A DNA stretch of 64,000 bases from Amphiscolops sp. MND2022 (Eukaryota): assembly GCA_964187785.1 (NCBI GenBank), contig OZ076413.1, positions 7,502,001 through 7,566,000 of the forward strand, given 5' to 3'. The position numbers were made by a program, and so were the translations under genes. Position 1 is the stretch's first letter. Each line of letters starts with the position of its first letter. This document shows, piece by piece, positions 62,661 through 64,000 of the stretch. The notes below the pieces were generated by a model. It made no database searches, was not told the origin of the DNA, and was given only the letters and a program-made list of their open reading frames with translations.

Positions 62661-64000
62661 GCTATACGACCTACCACCTACCGAAACTACACTAGCTCAG
62701 CAAATTCCTCTCACTGACTGTTGTAAGAATCACACACTTCACATGCAGTTCAGGGACAGTTAATTTAGTCGAATGAAATTCAAGCCGAACTAAATTTTAT
62801 AACTATTTTTCATACAAAAGTCAACAACCGTCAACGATTGGATTGGATTGGATGAGAAATTACGTCATTCGGACTTTCAAAGTTATCAATTTATTCGGCT
62901 TAAAAATAACTGGACTAAAATAGATACCTCTTTTTCTTCCACAAACGTACAAACCAGCTACAACTCAGCAGTTCTTCGAAACTTCATGAGAGAAATTTGC
63001 CCCAAAATCAACTAAATAATTTTTACTGAGAGACGAAATTCCACGTTTGAATGTGAAGTTTAGGATTTTTCACTTCGAAGTTAGGATACCTGGTTGAAAC
63101 TTAGTTTCATACAATGAATGAAACGTCTTGTTTAAAAAAAATGGCTTTTTTGTCTCTCGTAAAACATGAATTTTATCATTCGCGATAGAATATAAAATGC
63201 AGAAAGGCTGGAGCCGAAAAAGGGCCATTGATTAACTTTTCAACAGATGTAATGGGCTAACATCAAATCAAAGAGCGAGAATTAAAAGCAGTCATTGGAT
63301 GAAGTAACTTCAATACAAATTTGCACAGATAAAATTGAGACTCAACAAGTTATGTTATGCACAATCGAATATTGAAATTCAAATCAATTCATTCAAAGTT
63401 GTTTGATTGAAACGGAGCCATTTTAATTGCCTATTCATATTTTAGAAATGTACTTTTCGACATAAGTTGAGCGCTTAAGTCGACAAAAAGCTGTTGTTAA
63501 TTCGCAAGTCAATTAATTGCCAAAGAAGGTTTCTCAAAATCTCTTGTTTTAAAGAATACCAAATTTTTAGACAACCAATTTTTTTATTAAAATCAAATTT
63601 GTCATAACCCGTGGTTTCAATATTCTCTGTTCAATTCAAACTTCTTTTTTCGTTCCTAAATCGTCGATGATTGGATGTTAGCCGAGGGGCAGAAAGTCAC
63701 GAGGGTTGGGTGGTCGGGGGGGGGGGGTCAGGTGGGGGTTGGGGTGGTCTTTGTTGGTTACAAGTGGGGGACAGGGCCTTGCATGTAGGCATGGAGGGGC
63801 ATGCTATTCAACAACGGATGGATGGCGTTCGTTTATAATTTGATAGAAAAAAAACAAGGAAAAGCATTCTTGATTACAAAAATAAGCTAACGATAATTCG
63901 ACTACACCGACTACTTCACTGATAATATCAGACGCATGTGCAGTCACGCAACTGACGCCAAAAACCACCGAACATGTGAAGAAAAACATGAATATTCGAA

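Overview
AT-rich, repeat-dense eukaryotic (invertebrate-like metazoan) DNA; no prokaryotic features, rRNA, CRISPR array or convincing functional tRNA. Main contents: (1) a full-length, young BEL/Pao LTR retrotransposon on the minus strand (9416-16757; 228-bp LTRs with 3 mismatches, GTAAC target-site duplication). Between pol and its 3' LTR it carries an antisense, intron-containing gene for a ~300-aa JmjC-domain (Fe/2-oxoglutarate oxygenase, histone-demethylase-like) protein with intact HxD...H ligands. This is the most unusual feature of the window. (2) A decayed Copia element (about 28071-32419) with a 105-bp palindrome inside integrase, and a second, heavily decayed BEL/Pao element (about 40170-44530). 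(3) Host genes or gene pieces: an intronless B-box/coiled-coil/BACK/Kelch ORF, a two-exon BTB fragment, an F-box exon, LRR-like exons, a divergent histone H3 variant, and two paralogues of a SUMO-motif-rich orphan ORF, one split by what looks like a transposon-derived GC-AG intron. (4) Many nested TIR elements (hAT-, piggyBac-, Merlin-, pogo/Tc-like) with readable target-site duplications, plus dispersed repeats with tRNA-like heads. All domain calls come from motif recognition by eye, not from database searches.
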